Source: Lama guanicoe (Eukaryota). From it: 64,000 nt of DNA. The notes beneath the pieces are model-generated. The model was not told where the DNA came from. It saw nothing but the letters and a program-made list of their open reading frames with translations, and made no database searches. Positions 63,431-64,000 of this stretch are shown here, in pieces. The position numbers and the translations under genes are program-made. Within the stretch, counting starts at the first letter, position 1, and each line of letters starts with the position of its first letter. The DNA lies in contig MU054187.1 in NCBI GenBank assembly GCA_013239625.1, positions 11,491,231-11,555,230 of the forward strand, given 5' to 3'.

Positions 63431-64000
63431 CAACCCCATTCACTCCCGTTGTTCATGACCTTCAACTCTCCCAGTGAGTCTGAATCATCCACCATCATTA
63501 AGAACAGCGATGTCAGTGACACAGTTCTCCCTCAGTGTCTATCATCTCTTGAGACACTAGCTAATGACATAGATGTCCATCCATATTCATACAGTGAACT
63601 TGATAATTCCATGGTTTTGACTGTGTCTCATCAGATGTGATTACACCATCACTGGTTTTCTCTGGGAGGACTGGCTGTTCAACGAGCTAGCAACAGACAC
63701 ACACACGTGTAAGTTCCAATCCCGTCTTCCTGCCTGCCTCCCCACCTGAACGCTCTCACATACCCCCTAGGTTGTGCACAACTCCCCTTTGAGGGAGCAC
63801 TGGACCATTCCATTCTTCTGAGATGAAATGTACCCTGCTCTTTACTTCCACTTCTCCCTTCAAATATTTGTCTTCTCTTTTGAAGTAGCTCTTCCTCCTT
63901 GACAGGAGAAATCATACCATGTATAGTACTATGCAGTAGTTAAAACGCAGGCTCCAGCCTTCTGGGGTTTATATCCCTGCTTCAGTTCTTCCTGACTGTG

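Noticed and set aside
1..64000. A novel multi-gene system, CRISPR array, intact retroelement or nested gene
   Set aside because: All convincing coding signal belongs to SLCO5A1, and the rest is intron with decayed repeats. I found no regularly spaced repeat-spacer array, intact transposase/RT/gag-pol ORF or processed pseudogene.

Overview
Mammalian genomic DNA. The whole window lies inside one minus-strand gene, SLCO5A1 (organic anion transporting polypeptide OATP5A1). Eight coding exons can be read directly (133, 218, 165, 199, 160, 242, 65 and 470 nt). All are bounded by canonical GT/AG and splice into one open frame of about 550 aa ending at TGA 3424-3422. The large first coding exon lies beyond position 64000, and 1-3421 is probably 3' UTR. 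Exon numbers follow the human gene as I recall it. The introns hold ordinary eutherian repeats (L1, L2, MIR, MaLR/ERV LTRs, hAT and Tigger DNA transposons, microsatellites) and one 520-N assembly gap. Three tRNA-Ala-derived SINEs look like the camelid Vic-1 family, and I saw no Alu, B1, Bov-tA, PRE-1 or SINEC, so a camel or alpaca genome is likely. I found no new protein-coding system. The most interesting non-routine signals are: (1) an intronic CpG-rich domain built from an antisense solo LTR, a CpG-dense unique segment and a SINE carrying derived T>C changes; (2) a duplication/deletion scar that brackets exon 3; (3) a perfect 21-bp-stem hairpin in intron 7. Repeat family names and most repeat boundaries come from visual recognition and are approximate.
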